In this document: piece after piece, positions 1 through 9,424 of the stretch
Layout: every line of letters begins with the position of its first letter
Numbering within the stretch: the stretch's first letter is position 1
DNA from: Granulicella sp.
GTDB taxonomy: Bacteria; Acidobacteriota; Terriglobia; Terriglobales; Acidobacteriaceae
DNA length: 64,000 nucleotides
NCBI GenBank assembly: GCA_027365345.1
Contig: DAHXNO010000186.1
Location: forward strand, 17,559-81,558
Direction: 5' to 3'
The notes under the pieces: model-generated
Database searches by the model: none
What the model saw: only the letters and a program-made list of their open reading frames with translations
What the model was told of the DNA's origin: nothing
Made by a program: the position numbers and the translations under genes

Positions 1-838
1 CAGCGCTGCGGTAGTATTGCTGCGCGCGCTCGATCTCAAGCTGCAGCAGAGCGCGCGTGGCGCGGTCGAGCGGCGAACCCGCGCAGGCTGTGCAGACGGA
101 CTCCGCGCTGCTGCCGGTCTGGCGCATGTCGTCTGCCGGCAGATAGATGCGTCCTCGCTGGGCGTCTTCACGCACGTCACGGAGGATGTTGGTGAGTTGA
201 AAGGCGATGCCGGTACGCTCAGCCAACTCCTCGGCGCGCGGGTCTGTGTAGCCAAAGATGCGAATGCAGACCAGACCGACCACCGAAGCTACCAGATAGC
301 AGTAGCGGTAGAGGCCGTCGAAGGTGTCATAGACGTCCAGCGCGTTGGCGATTGGGGCCTGGCCAACCGGCACCCCACGATGGGCTCCGGTGTCGGCGCC
401 AGAGCCCTCCGAGCCCACGGTCACGCGAGTGACGCCGGTTTGAATCGGCTGCAGGTCGAGCGTGGTTCCCTGTACCAGCTTCTCCAGCAGTTCATCGGAG
501 ATGGCAAAACGCTGCTGCGAATCGTGGAGAGCCAGGAAGATGGGATCGGTGATTCGCTCAGCAGAGCGCGAGGCTCGCCAGTTGGCCGTCCAGGAAGCCA
601 TGGCTTCACGGCGAGCTTCCAGGGAGAGGCTCTCGTCGTCGGCCAGATCGTCAGCCTTGCGCATAAAAGCGTACACCGCGCACATGGCGTTGGATTTGTG
701 CGGGGGCAGAACGCAGAACGCGTAGTAAAAGTTCCTGGCCTCTCGTCTGGCAATCGCACGGCAGTAGGCATAGGCAGCCTCCAGTCCAGGGGAGTGCGGG
801 CGCGAAGCGTGCGGCTGAGGAGGGGACGCAGGACTCAT
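1..838 (-). CDS. hpnD: Presqualene diphosphate synthase HpnD (squalene/phytoene synthase family); 3' end runs off the window start
   Basis: Not in the ORF track. Manual translation from ATG at 838 (overlapping the hpnC TGA) gives ...AYAYCRAIARREARNFYYAF...YAFMRKADDLADD...GIAFQLTNILRDVREDAQRGRIYLP, i.e. both Asp-rich motifs of the family. Confidence 0.85.
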   Translation of the reverse strand, partial: MSPASPPQPHASRPHSPGLEAAYAYCRAIARREARNFYYAFCVLPPHKSNAMCAVYAFMRKADDLADDESLSLEARREAMASWTANWRASRSAERITDPIFLALHDSQQRFAISDELLEKLVQGTTLDLQPIQTGVTRVTVGSEGSGADTGAHRGVPVGQAPIANALDVYDTFDGLYRYCYLVASVVGLVCIRIFGYTDPRAEELAERTGIAFQLTNILRDVREDAQRGRIYLPADDMRQTGSSAESVCTACAGSPLDRATRALLQLEIERAQQYYRSA

Positions 839-1869
839 GGGGCGCCGTCCTTGCCGGATTCAGAGCGGGCCGCTGCAGAGCCGGGCTTGGCGGAGCTTCG
901 GAACGTCCCCAGCAGCTTGCCTGAGACAGCCCCAGCCAGCAACTTTAGCTTGGCCGCCTTGGTGACCACCGGGCGAGAGCGCAGCGTGTCGTACCCCTGC
1001 GCGGCGATTGCGTCCAGGATGGCGTTGCCGCCGTTGACGAACAGCCGCAGGCTGGATGCCAGGTCCGCAGCGACCAGATCGGCAAGGCGCGCGCCTCGGT
1101 TCAGGCGAGCCCGAGCGTCCGCAACCAGAAATTCCATCATGGCCCGAACGTTGGCGTCGAAGTGACGCGCGACGAGCTGTTCGTCGGATACATGGAAGCG
1201 CCGCATGGCGTCGGCTGGAATGTAGCGGCGGCCGCGAGCCCGATCCTCGACGATGTCCTGATAGAAGTTGGCCAGTTGCAGACCGGTACAGATCTCATCG
1301 GAGAGCCGCAGGCGCTCCTCCGAGTGATAGCCGCACAGCATCAGGACGAGCCGTCCTACGGGATTGGCGGAGTAGCGCGAGTAGGACTCCAGCGTTTCCA
1401 GAGACTCATGGTGGGTGTAGACCTGGTCCTGCTCGAAGGCGGAGATCAGGTTGTCAAAGGGTTCGATGGGCAGATTGCACTGGGCGATGGTGGGCTGCAG
1501 GGCGACGTACACAGGGTGCCGCGAGCGCTCCGGCTGGAGGAAGCACTGCTGCAGCATAGCCCTCCAGGTGGAGAGCAGACGCGTGGCCGTGGCCGTGTCG
1601 GCTACCTCGTCGCCAAGGTCATCGGAGGTGCGGCAAAAGGCATAGACGCTGTGAAAGTTGGGCCGCAAAGCCGAGGGCAGAACAAACGCGGCTACGTGAA
1701 AGTTCTCGTAGTGCGTTGTAACCAGGGTCTTGCACCACTTGCGGGCCTCTGCCAGCGACGGACGCTCCGCCGGGGTGAGGTACACCGACGGCGCACCCAG
1801 GAGCCGATCGTCAAACTCCAGGGGAGGGACGGCAGGGGCTGAAGCCGTGGCGGAGTGCGCGGTGATCAC
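835..1869 (-). CDS. hpnC: Hydroxysqualene synthase HpnC
   Basis: HYENFHVA, YAFCRTSDDLGDE, LQLANFYQD and GRRYIP motifs; tandem with hpnD via a 4-nt overlap. Confidence 0.85.
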   Translation of the reverse strand: MITAHSATASAPAVPPLEFDDRLLGAPSVYLTPAERPSLAEARKWCKTLVTTHYENFHVAAFVLPSALRPNFHSVYAFCRTSDDLGDEVADTATATRLLSTWRAMLQQCFLQPERSRHPVYVALQPTIAQCNLPIEPFDNLISAFEQDQVYTHHESLETLESYSRYSANPVGRLVLMLCGYHSEERLRLSDEICTGLQLANFYQDIVEDRARGRRYIPADAMRRFHVSDEQLVARHFDANVRAMMEFLVADARARLNRGARLADLVAADLASSLRLFVNGGNAILDAIAAQGYDTLRSRPVVTKAAKLKLLAGAVSGKLLGTFRSSAKPGSAAARSESGKDGAP

Positions 1870-3110
1870 GGCTGCCTCCTGGAGATTCCAGAATTTCCAG
1901 CATCTCCAGCAATTCCATCAGGTAACGGATCTTCAACGCTCCCGCCGGCCAGGTCCGCAGTTGCCCGCTCGCCGCCGGACGAACGCTCGGGATAGATGAT
2001 GGTCTTGATCTCTGGTGCAACGCCATCGACGGGACGGTTCATCATGGAGCGAAAGACCATGGGCAGATCTTCCAGGCTGGCGACTCCGGTATGGAAGTCC
2101 GGCGCACGGAAGCGCCCTGAGACGATGAGTTCGAAGGCTCGGCGAGCCGTGGCTGGGGTGTGGTGGAAGCTGGCCTTCAGGGTGAGGTCGGAGTAGTGGA
2201 TGAGGTTGGTGTCCAGAGCGACAGTGGTACCGCTGGGAGGTCCGCCGAACAGATTGATCAGGCCGCCTTTGCGCGCCATCCGCACGGCCCACTGCCAGGC
2301 CTCGGGTGTGGCGACGGCCTCCAGAACGATGTCCGCGCCCCGTCCCTCTGGGGTGAGCGCACGGGCGGCGGCGATAGGATCCGGTACATCGGAGATGCGT
2401 ATGACCTGCTGGGCGCCGAAGCGCCGCGCGGTGGCGATCTGGTCTGCACGCTTGACCACAGCGATCACCTGCAGACCCGCCAGCGATGCCGCATGGATGA
2501 ACAGCAGGCCAATCGGTCCGGCTCCCAGAACGATGGCGGTCTTGCCGGCAGCGCTTCCAGCATGCGAGGAGAAGCAGACGCCAGACTCTTCCAGGCCACG
2601 GATCACGCAGGCCAACGGCTCCGTCAGGGCCGCGTCCTCAAAGCAGACGCCATCCGGAATGGGGAGGGTGTTTTTCTCTACAATCCTCGCCGGAATGCGG
2701 ATGAACTCAGCGTAGGCTCCGTTGTTGAATAAAAGATCATCGCAGAGGTTCTGCTGCCCGTTGCGGCAGAAGTAGCACTGGCCGCAAGGCGCGGAGTTCA
2801 GAGGCAGGACCCGGTCGCCCAACGCGAAGGCAGTGACGCCCGGGCCTCGTTGCGCAACCGTACCGGCCAACTCGTGGCCAAACAGCCGGTCCAGAGTAAG
2901 CATCTTGGCGTGATAGCCGCGCCGGTAGACCTTGAGGTCTGTGCCACAGGTGAGCGCGGCGCCGACCTGCACCACCAACTCCCCAGGCCCGGCTACGGGT
3001 ATGGGAACGTCCTCGATGCGCAGATCTTCCGCTCCACGGAGAACGGCGGCTCTCATGGTGCGGGGAATCTTCCGGTCTGCTACATCTCCGTTCTGGCCGG
3101 CTGGCGCCAT
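1866..3110 (-). CDS. Zinc-dependent medium-chain alcohol/polyol dehydrogenase
   Basis: CGTD and GHE catalytic Zn ligands, CxxCxxC...C structural Zn site, GAGPIG Rossmann motif; 4-nt overlap with hpnC. The start may be a few codons downstream. Confidence 0.85.
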   Translation of the reverse strand: MAPAGQNGDVADRKIPRTMRAAVLRGAEDLRIEDVPIPVAGPGELVVQVGAALTCGTDLKVYRRGYHAKMLTLDRLFGHELAGTVAQRGPGVTAFALGDRVLPLNSAPCGQCYFCRNGQQNLCDDLLFNNGAYAEFIRIPARIVEKNTLPIPDGVCFEDAALTEPLACVIRGLEESGVCFSSHAGSAAGKTAIVLGAGPIGLLFIHAASLAGLQVIAVVKRADQIATARRFGAQQVIRISDVPDPIAAARALTPEGRGADIVLEAVATPEAWQWAVRMARKGGLINLFGGPPSGTTVALDTNLIHYSDLTLKASFHHTPATARRAFELIVSGRFRAPDFHTGVASLEDLPMVFRSMMNRPVDGVAPEIKTIIYPERSSGGERATADLAGGSVEDPLPDGIAGDAGNSGISRRQP

Positions 3111-3270
3111 CCCTCTATTTTCTCATCCCGCGCCAGCCGACAGCAGAGGCTATGCCCATGATTTGCTGGGCACAAGGTTGGCGTTGGGGCGGATGGCCGG
3201 GGCAGATGAAGGTGCTGCGAGCCGCGCCTTGGCCGTAACGCATCTGATACCCTGAGCGAAGCGCAAACCC

Positions 3271-4050
3271 ATGAGATTTCTCTCGCCTGACGCCTATGCC
3301 AAGTCCATTGTCGCATCCGTGCAGGATTACTCCTTGATGTGCGCGCGCGCCGTGGCCAACATCTTCACCCGGCCCCGGTATACGGCCGACATCTTCACCC
3401 AGATGGACTCCATCGGCGTGGGATCGTTGCCCATTGTCGTGCTCACCGGCTTCTTTACCGGATGCGTGCTTGCGCTGCAATCGGCGGTCTCTCTGAAAGA
3501 GTTTGGCGCAGTCAACATGACCGGTGGGCTGGTGACGATGGCGATGATCAAGGAGCTGGGACCGGTGTTGACGGGGCTGATGGTCTCCGGGCGCAACACC
3601 TCGGGCATGGCCAGCGAAATAGGCTCCATGAAGGTGACGGAACAACTGGATGCGATGCGGGCGCTGGGAACCGATCCGCTGCGCAAGCTGGTGACTCCGC
3701 GGCTGGTGGCGGCAGTTTTCATGTTGTTCTTTTTGACCATCATCTCGGATGCCTGCGGGATTGGAGGCGGAGCCTTCGTCGCCGTAACCATGCTGAGGCT
3801 CAACGCCGAACAGTTCTTCCATACCGGGTATATGAGCCTGGCGCATGGCGACATCGTCGAGGGCCTGGTGAAGCCGCTCTTCTCCGGGTTCATCATTGCA
3901 ACCATCGGTTGCTACTACGGGTTGAGAACCTCGGGCGGGACCCGTGGCGTGGGCCAGTCAACCACACAGGCGGTGGTCTCCTCCTCGGTGCTGATCATCC
4001 TGGTCGACTTCCTGGTAACGCAACTCATGATTGGAATCTTTGGAAGGTAG
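3271..4050 (+). CDS. mlaE: MlaE-family ABC permease
   Basis: IKELGPVLTGLMVSGR, EIGSMKVTEQLDAMRALG and GVGQSTT motifs. Confidence 0.9.
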   Translation: MRFLSPDAYAKSIVASVQDYSLMCARAVANIFTRPRYTADIFTQMDSIGVGSLPIVVLTGFFTGCVLALQSAVSLKEFGAVNMTGGLVTMAMIKELGPVLTGLMVSGRNTSGMASEIGSMKVTEQLDAMRALGTDPLRKLVTPRLVAAVFMLFFLTIISDACGIGGGAFVAVTMLRLNAEQFFHTGYMSLAHGDIVEGLVKPLFSGFIIATIGCYYGLRTSGGTRGVGQSTTQAVVSSSVLIILVDFLVTQLMIGIFGR

Positions 4051-4056
4051 CCGGCG

Positions 4057-4890
4057 ATGGCGACAGTGGAGAACCCATGGATGACGGAGTTTCTTTCCGT
4101 GGGCGGTCCCATGATCGAATTTGATGATGTGACGATCAGCTTTGACCGCGGTCCGGTGTTGAAGAACGTAAGCTTTCAGGTGGCGCTGGGAGAGACTCGG
4201 ATTCTGCTGGGACCGACCGGTAGCGGCAAGAGCGTTCTGATGAAGCTGGTGAATGGGCTGCTGAAGCCCGACAGCGGCCAGATTCGCGTCTTTGGCCGCT
4301 TAGTGAGCGAGATGGACGAACGCGATCTCCTGGTGATGCGCAGTCACGTGGGGATGGTCTTCCAGGAGAGCGCCCTGTTCGATTCGCTGAGCGTGGAGGA
4401 CAACGTTGGCTACCGGCTGGAAGAAGAGCATCTGGACCCGAGGGAGATTCGTGAACGCGTGCTGGAGGTGCTGCGCTTTGTGGATCTTGAAGATGCCATC
4501 GACAAGTTCCCTGACAAACTGAGTGGAGGCATGCGGCGGCGCGTCTCCATTGCGCGAGCGATCATTGGACGGCCAGAGTTGCTGCTTTATGATTCACCCA
4601 CAGGCGGCCTGGACCCGATTACCTCCTCCACCATCATCGAACTGGTGGTGAAGCAGAGAGACGTCTCCCATGCGACCTGCCTGCTGATTACCCATCGACT
4701 GCAAGATGCGTTCACCCTGGCGACGAATCGCTACAACCTGCGAGCGAACCATATGGAGCCGATGCCGAACCACGAAGTGGACGCGGGCACGAAGTTTCTG
4801 GTGCTCCAAGATGGGCGGGTGATCTTTGACGGTTCCACGCTGGAGCTGACCCATTCCAGCGACCCGTGGCTGCTGGGCTACATCGAGTAG
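4057..4890 (+). CDS. mlaF: MlaF/Mkl-family ABC ATPase
   Basis: Walker A GPTGSGKS, LSGGMRRR signature, YDSPTGGLDPI; follows mlaE. Confidence 0.88.
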   Translation: MATVENPWMTEFLSVGGPMIEFDDVTISFDRGPVLKNVSFQVALGETRILLGPTGSGKSVLMKLVNGLLKPDSGQIRVFGRLVSEMDERDLLVMRSHVGMVFQESALFDSLSVEDNVGYRLEEEHLDPREIRERVLEVLRFVDLEDAIDKFPDKLSGGMRRRVSIARAIIGRPELLLYDSPTGGLDPITSSTIIELVVKQRDVSHATCLLITHRLQDAFTLATNRYNLRANHMEPMPNHEVDAGTKFLVLQDGRVIFDGSTLELTHSSDPWLLGYIE

Positions 4891-5189
4891 ACAGTCCCGT
4901 CCCCGCTCCGGCAGATGGCAGGAACCGGCAAACAGTATTCTCCATACGAGTGGAGGACCAGAGCGTCCGTCTTGCAAGCTTTTCCGGACCGATTCCATCG
5001 CGCGAGAGGGAGGGAGCCGGCGCTCCGGCAAGCCGTCTTTCCCGCGGCGGTGGAAGTTGGAAGATCCCGGTGGATCGGCTTCGCTCGGGCTCCTATGGCC
5101 AAGGTGCGGTGGAAGAGGTCCGGCGCCAAGCCGAACTTCGAGCGGGCAAGATCGGGATGGTAGCGAACGCGTTCAGCGCGAAGACAGGT

Positions 5190-5534
5190 TCAGGCGAAGA
5201 AGTTGATCTGATGGGATTCAGCCGGGTCAGCAGCGGCCGCCTCCGGCGAGACGCCTGTCTCTTCGTCGCTAAGGCTCACGACATCTCCAGAGGTCTGGCG
5301 GCTGTCGGCGTCTTCCGGGTTGGCCGAGCCGCCGGAGCCGCCCGGGTTGTCTGGGTCGACGGTGTCGCTTCGATGGCTGGGTGAGTAGCTCGCGGCCGCC
5401 TCGCGGGGAAAGTTCGGCGGAGTGTTATCCGCGGCAGACTCCGCACGAATCACGGGCTGCGGCGGCTCGATGAGGGAGTCATCCGACCGGGCGAGGACGG
5501 CACGGGAGACCTCCGGGGTGGGGACGGTTGCCAT
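5190..5534 (-). CDS. Hypothetical acidic, low-complexity protein ending in QINFFA
   Basis: 114-aa ATG-started ORF filling the gap downstream of ftsB; Ser/Asp/Pro-rich; a -10-like GATAAT lies upstream on the minus strand. Confidence 0.5.
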   Translation of the reverse strand: MATVPTPEVSRAVLARSDDSLIEPPQPVIRAESAADNTPPNFPREAAASYSPSHRSDTVDPDNPGGSGGSANPEDADSRQTSGDVVSLSDEETGVSPEAAAADPAESHQINFFA

Positions 5535-5614
5535 ACGGGTTCGCCTCTGCTCCAGGCGCTGCCAGAAGCAAGGGTATTATCGGCAAGATCAATCGGCCGC
5601 TCCAGTGGGTGCGC

Positions 5615-6043
5615 TTAGGGGCGGGGAGCGGAGGAGGCTTCACTGCCATTGGCCGGGACGCTTGAGCTGGGAAGAGTGTAGATCACCTCACCGGAGCGGG
5701 TGTAGTGGAGTTCCTCGCGCGCCGCGTGCTCAATGGCGCCGGGATCGTCCTGCAGATGATCAATGTGCTCGTGCAGCCGCTCATTCTCCTGCTGCAACTG
5801 CTGCATCTGCTGCTCCAGCAGCTTGGCCTCTTCTCGCTTCTGCACATAGGCGGTGACGCCATTGTGTCCAAAGAGGACCCCATAGGCCACAACCACGGCC
5901 AGGGTACCGGCTCCAACCGTCGCCGCGCGATGCCGCCAGCGGTAGGCGCACCCCTTTGCGGCTACCACGAGTTCCGGAAGCCGGAGGCTTCGCTTCGTTT
6001 TGTGTGGCGCGACGGGCACGCTTTGCCTCACAGGTTGCATCAC
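5615..6043 (-). CDS. ftsB: Septum formation initiator FtsB/DivIC
   Basis: Single TM, then G.xG motif, coiled coil, and IEHAAREELHY..SGEVIY (equivalent to the AR..LG motif). Confidence 0.8.
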   Translation of the reverse strand: MMQPVRQSVPVAPHKTKRSLRLPELVVAAKGCAYRWRHRAATVGAGTLAVVVAYGVLFGHNGVTAYVQKREEAKLLEQQMQQLQQENERLHEHIDHLQDDPGAIEHAAREELHYTRSGEVIYTLPSSSVPANGSEASSAPRP

Positions 6044-6072
6044 AGGGTAACGGCTTCTTCTTCGTCAGGGTT

Positions 6073-6132
6073 GCGTCTGACTGGTTCGCGTCTGACTGGT
6101 TCGAGTCAGTCTGGTTCGCGTCTGACTGGTTC
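6073..6132. repeat. 15-bp tandem repeat x4 (GCGTCTGACTGGTTC)
   Basis: Three identical units and one variant (GAGTCAGTCTGGTTC), just upstream of ftsB. Confidence 0.9.
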
Positions 6133-6381
6133 TCATCGGGGAAGGGATCTCTCCGGTTGGCGGCCGCAAGCTGCCTGCGGCAAAACCATTGGAGCCCCGA
6201 CCAGACGAGGGCGGATTGCGACTCTTCTCTATGAGTATCGCCCATTTTTGCGCAGAGATGAGCCCACTTGCAGCGAGGGAACCAGATTCGGCCACAGACG
6301 CTTGACGGAGTTCAGGAGTTGGATTTTGCTCAGGATCGGCGCGTTGGACCTCTCCGGCTTTGTTATCCTATGGAGTAGCTC

Positions 6382-6531
6382 ATGCGCGTCCTATTCTGCA
6401 TCTCGACGGCGGCTCTGGTTGCGCTTCTCTGGGCCTCGATCGCAATTGCACGACACGTCTGGCAAGCGCGAAGAAATCAGTTCCGTCCGTTGCAGGGCGA
6501 AGCGGCCGGAAAGACGCAAGGCAGAACCTGA
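6382..6531 (+). CDS. 49-aa single-pass small membrane protein
   Basis: Below the ORF-track cutoff. MRVLFCISTAALVALLWASIAIARHVWQARRNQ...; GGAG 6 nt before ATG; hydrophobic helix followed by basic residues. Confidence 0.6.
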   Translation: MRVLFCISTAALVALLWASIAIARHVWQARRNQFRPLQGEAAGKTQGRT

Positions 6532-6566
6532 ATGCCTCTTGTTCGCTGCGGATCCAGCCAGTGAGT

Positions 6567-6611
6567 GATTGTCCGGCTAGTGATTCTTTGGCCAGGGATT
6601 CTTTGGCCAAG
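6567..6611. repeat. 15-bp tandem repeat x3 (GATTCTTTGGCCARG, first unit degenerate)
   Basis: Units at 6567, 6582 and 6597, upstream of bioY. Confidence 0.75.
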
Positions 6612-6687
6612 GATCGAAGAGAGGGTGCGTAGCACGCAACGGAACTCCGGAACTCGAGATGCCGGAACCTGAAAATTAGGAGACCCC

Positions 6688-7290
6688 ATGCAAACTATTA
6701 CCCTGCGCCGCTCCGCGGCGGCGAACCTCAAAGACCTCAGCGCCACGCTCTCCGGCAGGGTAGTCCTCTGTCTGGCAGCCACAGTGGTTGTCGCTCTGGC
6801 GGCGCATGTGGCTATTCCACTGCCCTTTACGCCCATACCGCTTACACTGCAGCCGCTGGCTGTGCTGGGGGTAGGTTTGGCGTTGGGTCCGCTGGATGGC
6901 TTGCTGGCCATGCTGGCCTATCTTGCCGAGGGCGCGATGGGCCTGCCCGTCTTCAGCCCGGTAGGTCTGGGAGGCGTGGCGCAGTTGCTGGGACCGACGG
7001 GCGGCTTCCTGATGGCCTATCCGCTGGTGGCGGCAGTGGCCGGTGGCCTCACCCGCAAGTGGAGCCGGCGCAGCGCTCGTTTTTTATCCGCCTTGGTGGC
7101 AGGAACCCTGGCCATGGCCATCCTCTACCTGATGGGGGCGGGATGGTTCATGCACTACACCGGCAACCAACTTCACGCGGTATGGATCGGGGCGGTGGCC
7201 CCATTTCTACCTGGCGAATGCATCAAGGTGCTGGTGGCGGCGGGCGTCTACTCTGCGCTGACCGGCACAGCGCGGCCGCAGGAGGCTTAA
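6688..7290 (+). CDS. bioY: BioY biotin transporter S component
   Basis: PFTPIPLTLQ, YLAEGAMGLPVF, GPTGGFL and PFLPGE motifs; AGGAG RBS. Confidence 0.92.
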   Translation: MQTITLRRSAAANLKDLSATLSGRVVLCLAATVVVALAAHVAIPLPFTPIPLTLQPLAVLGVGLALGPLDGLLAMLAYLAEGAMGLPVFSPVGLGGVAQLLGPTGGFLMAYPLVAAVAGGLTRKWSRRSARFLSALVAGTLAMAILYLMGAGWFMHYTGNQLHAVWIGAVAPFLPGECIKVLVAAGVYSALTGTARPQEA

Positions 7291-7435
7291 CCCGTCCACC
7301 GGCGCAGAGAACACCAGAAAGCGAAACAGGCGGAGCATCTCTCCACTGTTCTTGCTACCCGGTAAGAGGACCTGGTAGCGAGCATCCAAGCCGACACCTC
7401 AATAAAACAGCTTTTGCAAAACCATTGGGAACCAG

Positions 7436-8290
7436 ATGACGACTGCAACACAAGAAGTACGCGAGATCAAGATTGCCCACAGCCCGGACTCAGACGATGC
7501 CTTTATGTTTTATGGGCTCGCCACGAACAAGGTACGGGTGCCGGGCTACAAGTTTACTCACACGCTCACCGACATTGAGACACTGAATCGCCGCGCCATT
7601 GAGGATCAGTACTATGATGTGACGGCCATCAGCTTCCACGCCTACCCGTATCTTCAGGACAACTACACCCTGATGGCCTGCGGAGGCTCAGTGGGAGAGA
7701 ACTATGGACCGATGATTGTGGCAGCGAGAAATTACACGCTGGACGAGGTGAAGAAGCTGAAGATTGCGGTACCAGGAACGCTGACCACAGCCTACCTGAC
7801 GCTGAAGCTGTTTGCTCCCGAGGTGGAGACGGCTACGGTGAGTTTCGACAAGATCATCCCCGCGGTGCTCTCCGGAGAGTATGACGCGGGACTGATCATC
7901 CATGAGGGCCAGCTCACCTACGGGCGGGACGGGCTGACCAAGATACTGGATCTTGGCGTGTGGTGGCGTCAGCAGACGTCGCTTCCCTTGCCGCTGGGTG
8001 GAAACGCAATTCGCCGCTCGCTGGGCCCTGAGGTGCAGTTGGTGACCACGAACGCTCTGCGGGAGAGCATTCAGCACGCGCTGGATCACCGCGAGGCGGC
8101 GCTGGAGTACGCCATGCAGTTTGCGCGCGACCTGGACACCTCGCTGGCAAACCGATTTGTCGGCATGTACGTGAACGAGCGCACGCTGAACTACGGCGAC
8201 GACGGACGCGAGGCGATTCGGCGGCTGCTGGACATGGGCTACGAGCGTGGAGTGATACCGCACAAGGCCCAGGTGGACTTCGTAGGGTAG
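7436..8290 (+). CDS. mqnD: 1,4-dihydroxy-6-naphthoate synthase MqnD (futalosine pathway)
   Basis: AHSPDSDDAFMF, GLIIHEGQLTY, PLPLGGNAIRR and GMYVN motifs. Confidence 0.88.
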   Translation: MTTATQEVREIKIAHSPDSDDAFMFYGLATNKVRVPGYKFTHTLTDIETLNRRAIEDQYYDVTAISFHAYPYLQDNYTLMACGGSVGENYGPMIVAARNYTLDEVKKLKIAVPGTLTTAYLTLKLFAPEVETATVSFDKIIPAVLSGEYDAGLIIHEGQLTYGRDGLTKILDLGVWWRQQTSLPLPLGGNAIRRSLGPEVQLVTTNALRESIQHALDHREAALEYAMQFARDLDTSLANRFVGMYVNERTLNYGDDGREAIRRLLDMGYERGVIPHKAQVDFVG

Positions 8291-8478
8291 GCTCCCGGGG
8301 CCGGAATTTCCTCACGGCCCGGCCTGCCGGGTCGTGATATTCTCTTCAAGTGCGGTGAGTTCTCCCGCGCATCCCTTGGCGATCTACATGCAGTTTGCTT
8401 GTAGGCTGCTGCTTGTTTACTCGCTTGCGAACCTCCGCAGACATCCGGGAGGGATCGCAGCGGCGAAGCTCAAGGTCT

Positions 8479-8554
8479 GGACGCGTAGCTCAGCTGGTAG
8501 AGCATTCGACTCTTAATCGACTGGTCGTAGGTTCGATCCCTACCGCGTCCACCA
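8479..8554 (+). tRNA. tRNA-Lys(CTT)
   Basis: GGACGCG/CGCGTCC acceptor stem, D arm, loop CT-CTT-AA, GGTTCGATCC, encoded CCA; 76 nt. Confidence 0.97.
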
Positions 8555-9049
8555 TTTCCCTTTCGCGAAAATCTGGCAGAGAGACCTCAGCGGATGCTCG
8601 ACTCTGCCATGCTCTATGGCTGTTGGCCAGTCACGCTACGAGAATCGAGATCGGCCGCCACGTGGAACTCATCTTGCCGGAGTGGCGCAGAAAGTAGCCG
8701 GTTCGTTCCGGCAATTCGTGGCGCATCCATTTTTGAACTCCAGCACGAGACACGGTGGGCTATGGTCTTCCCTGAGGGGCCCGAGTTGCCGCACCAGCTC
8801 GCCGCCGGCGTAGCTGCTAATCATGCTTCGTTTTGCCGTGCGCAACGCAATTCGGTTGGAGCGCTGAAGCTCACCCACGCACGCTCAGAGGAGCACCTCC
8901 AGAGGAGCTACGGAGAGCATGGGCCAGACGGACAGGAGCGTTCCTGCTCACCCCACTCGACGAATCGTCAGGATCCGCGGAATCCCTCCGCTACCCGGAG
9001 AGGCGAAATCCGTCCTTTCGTCCTCCGCTCCGAGAGTTACAATTCCTGC

Positions 9050-9424
9050 ATGCCGCTAAGCGCCAGCATTGAGAATCATCCCAAGGGAATCGCCGTCGTT
9101 TCCCTCTCCGGCCGCCTGACCCTGGGCAGCTCCCTGAAGATCGCGGACTCGCAGATACAGGCTGCGATTGAAGATGGCGTGAGCCGCGTGGTGCTGGACC
9201 TGACCGACGTGGAGTATATGGACAGCGCCGGCCTGGGTATGCTGATGGTCGCCTTTGGATTGGTGAACGAAAAGAACGGCTCGCTGCGCCTGTGTGGCGT
9301 AGCGCCGCGCGTGATGTCTTTGCTGCAGATGACCCGCACCGATGGGCTTCTGCCGATCGATCCGACCCGCGAGGAGAGCCTGGCGGCGTTGCGCGGCGAG
9401 AGCAACTCGCCGGTTCATAATTAG
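9050..9424 (+). CDS. STAS-domain anti-sigma factor antagonist
   Basis: VVLDLTDVEYMDSAGLG motif with the phosphorylatable Ser. Start moved to ATG 9050; the 5' part of ORF 8594 looks non-coding. Confidence 0.88.
   Translation: MPLSASIENHPKGIAVVSLSGRLTLGSSLKIADSQIQAAIEDGVSRVVLDLTDVEYMDSAGLGMLMVAFGLVNEKNGSLRLCGVAPRVMSLLQMTRTDGLLPIDPTREESLAALRGESNSPVHN

Noticed and set aside
17-1165. Long opposite-strand ORFs here and at 16124..17254, 41468..42439, 49874..51034, 52818..54155 and 59675..60850
   Set aside because: They are shadows of well-supported genes on the other strand, expected at high GC, and show no recognisable motifs.
6073-6132. Short repeats as a possible CRISPR array
   Set aside because: The units are contiguous 15-mers with no spacers, and no cas genes are present.
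6380-6610. Minus-strand 76-aa ORF MAKESLAKESLAG...
   Set aside because: It begins inside a 15-bp repeat and overlaps a better-supported plus-strand small membrane ORF with an RBS.
8479-8554. A tRNA acting as an amber suppressor for the nuclease TAG
   Set aside because: The anticodons are CTT (Lys) and CGC (Ala); there is no CTA anticodon or pyl gene in the window.
8669-8878. LVRQLG...PPCLVLEF..NG looks like protein-kinase subdomains IV-V
   Set aside because: There are no flanking kinase motifs (VAxK, HRD, DFG) in nearby frames; probably chance.
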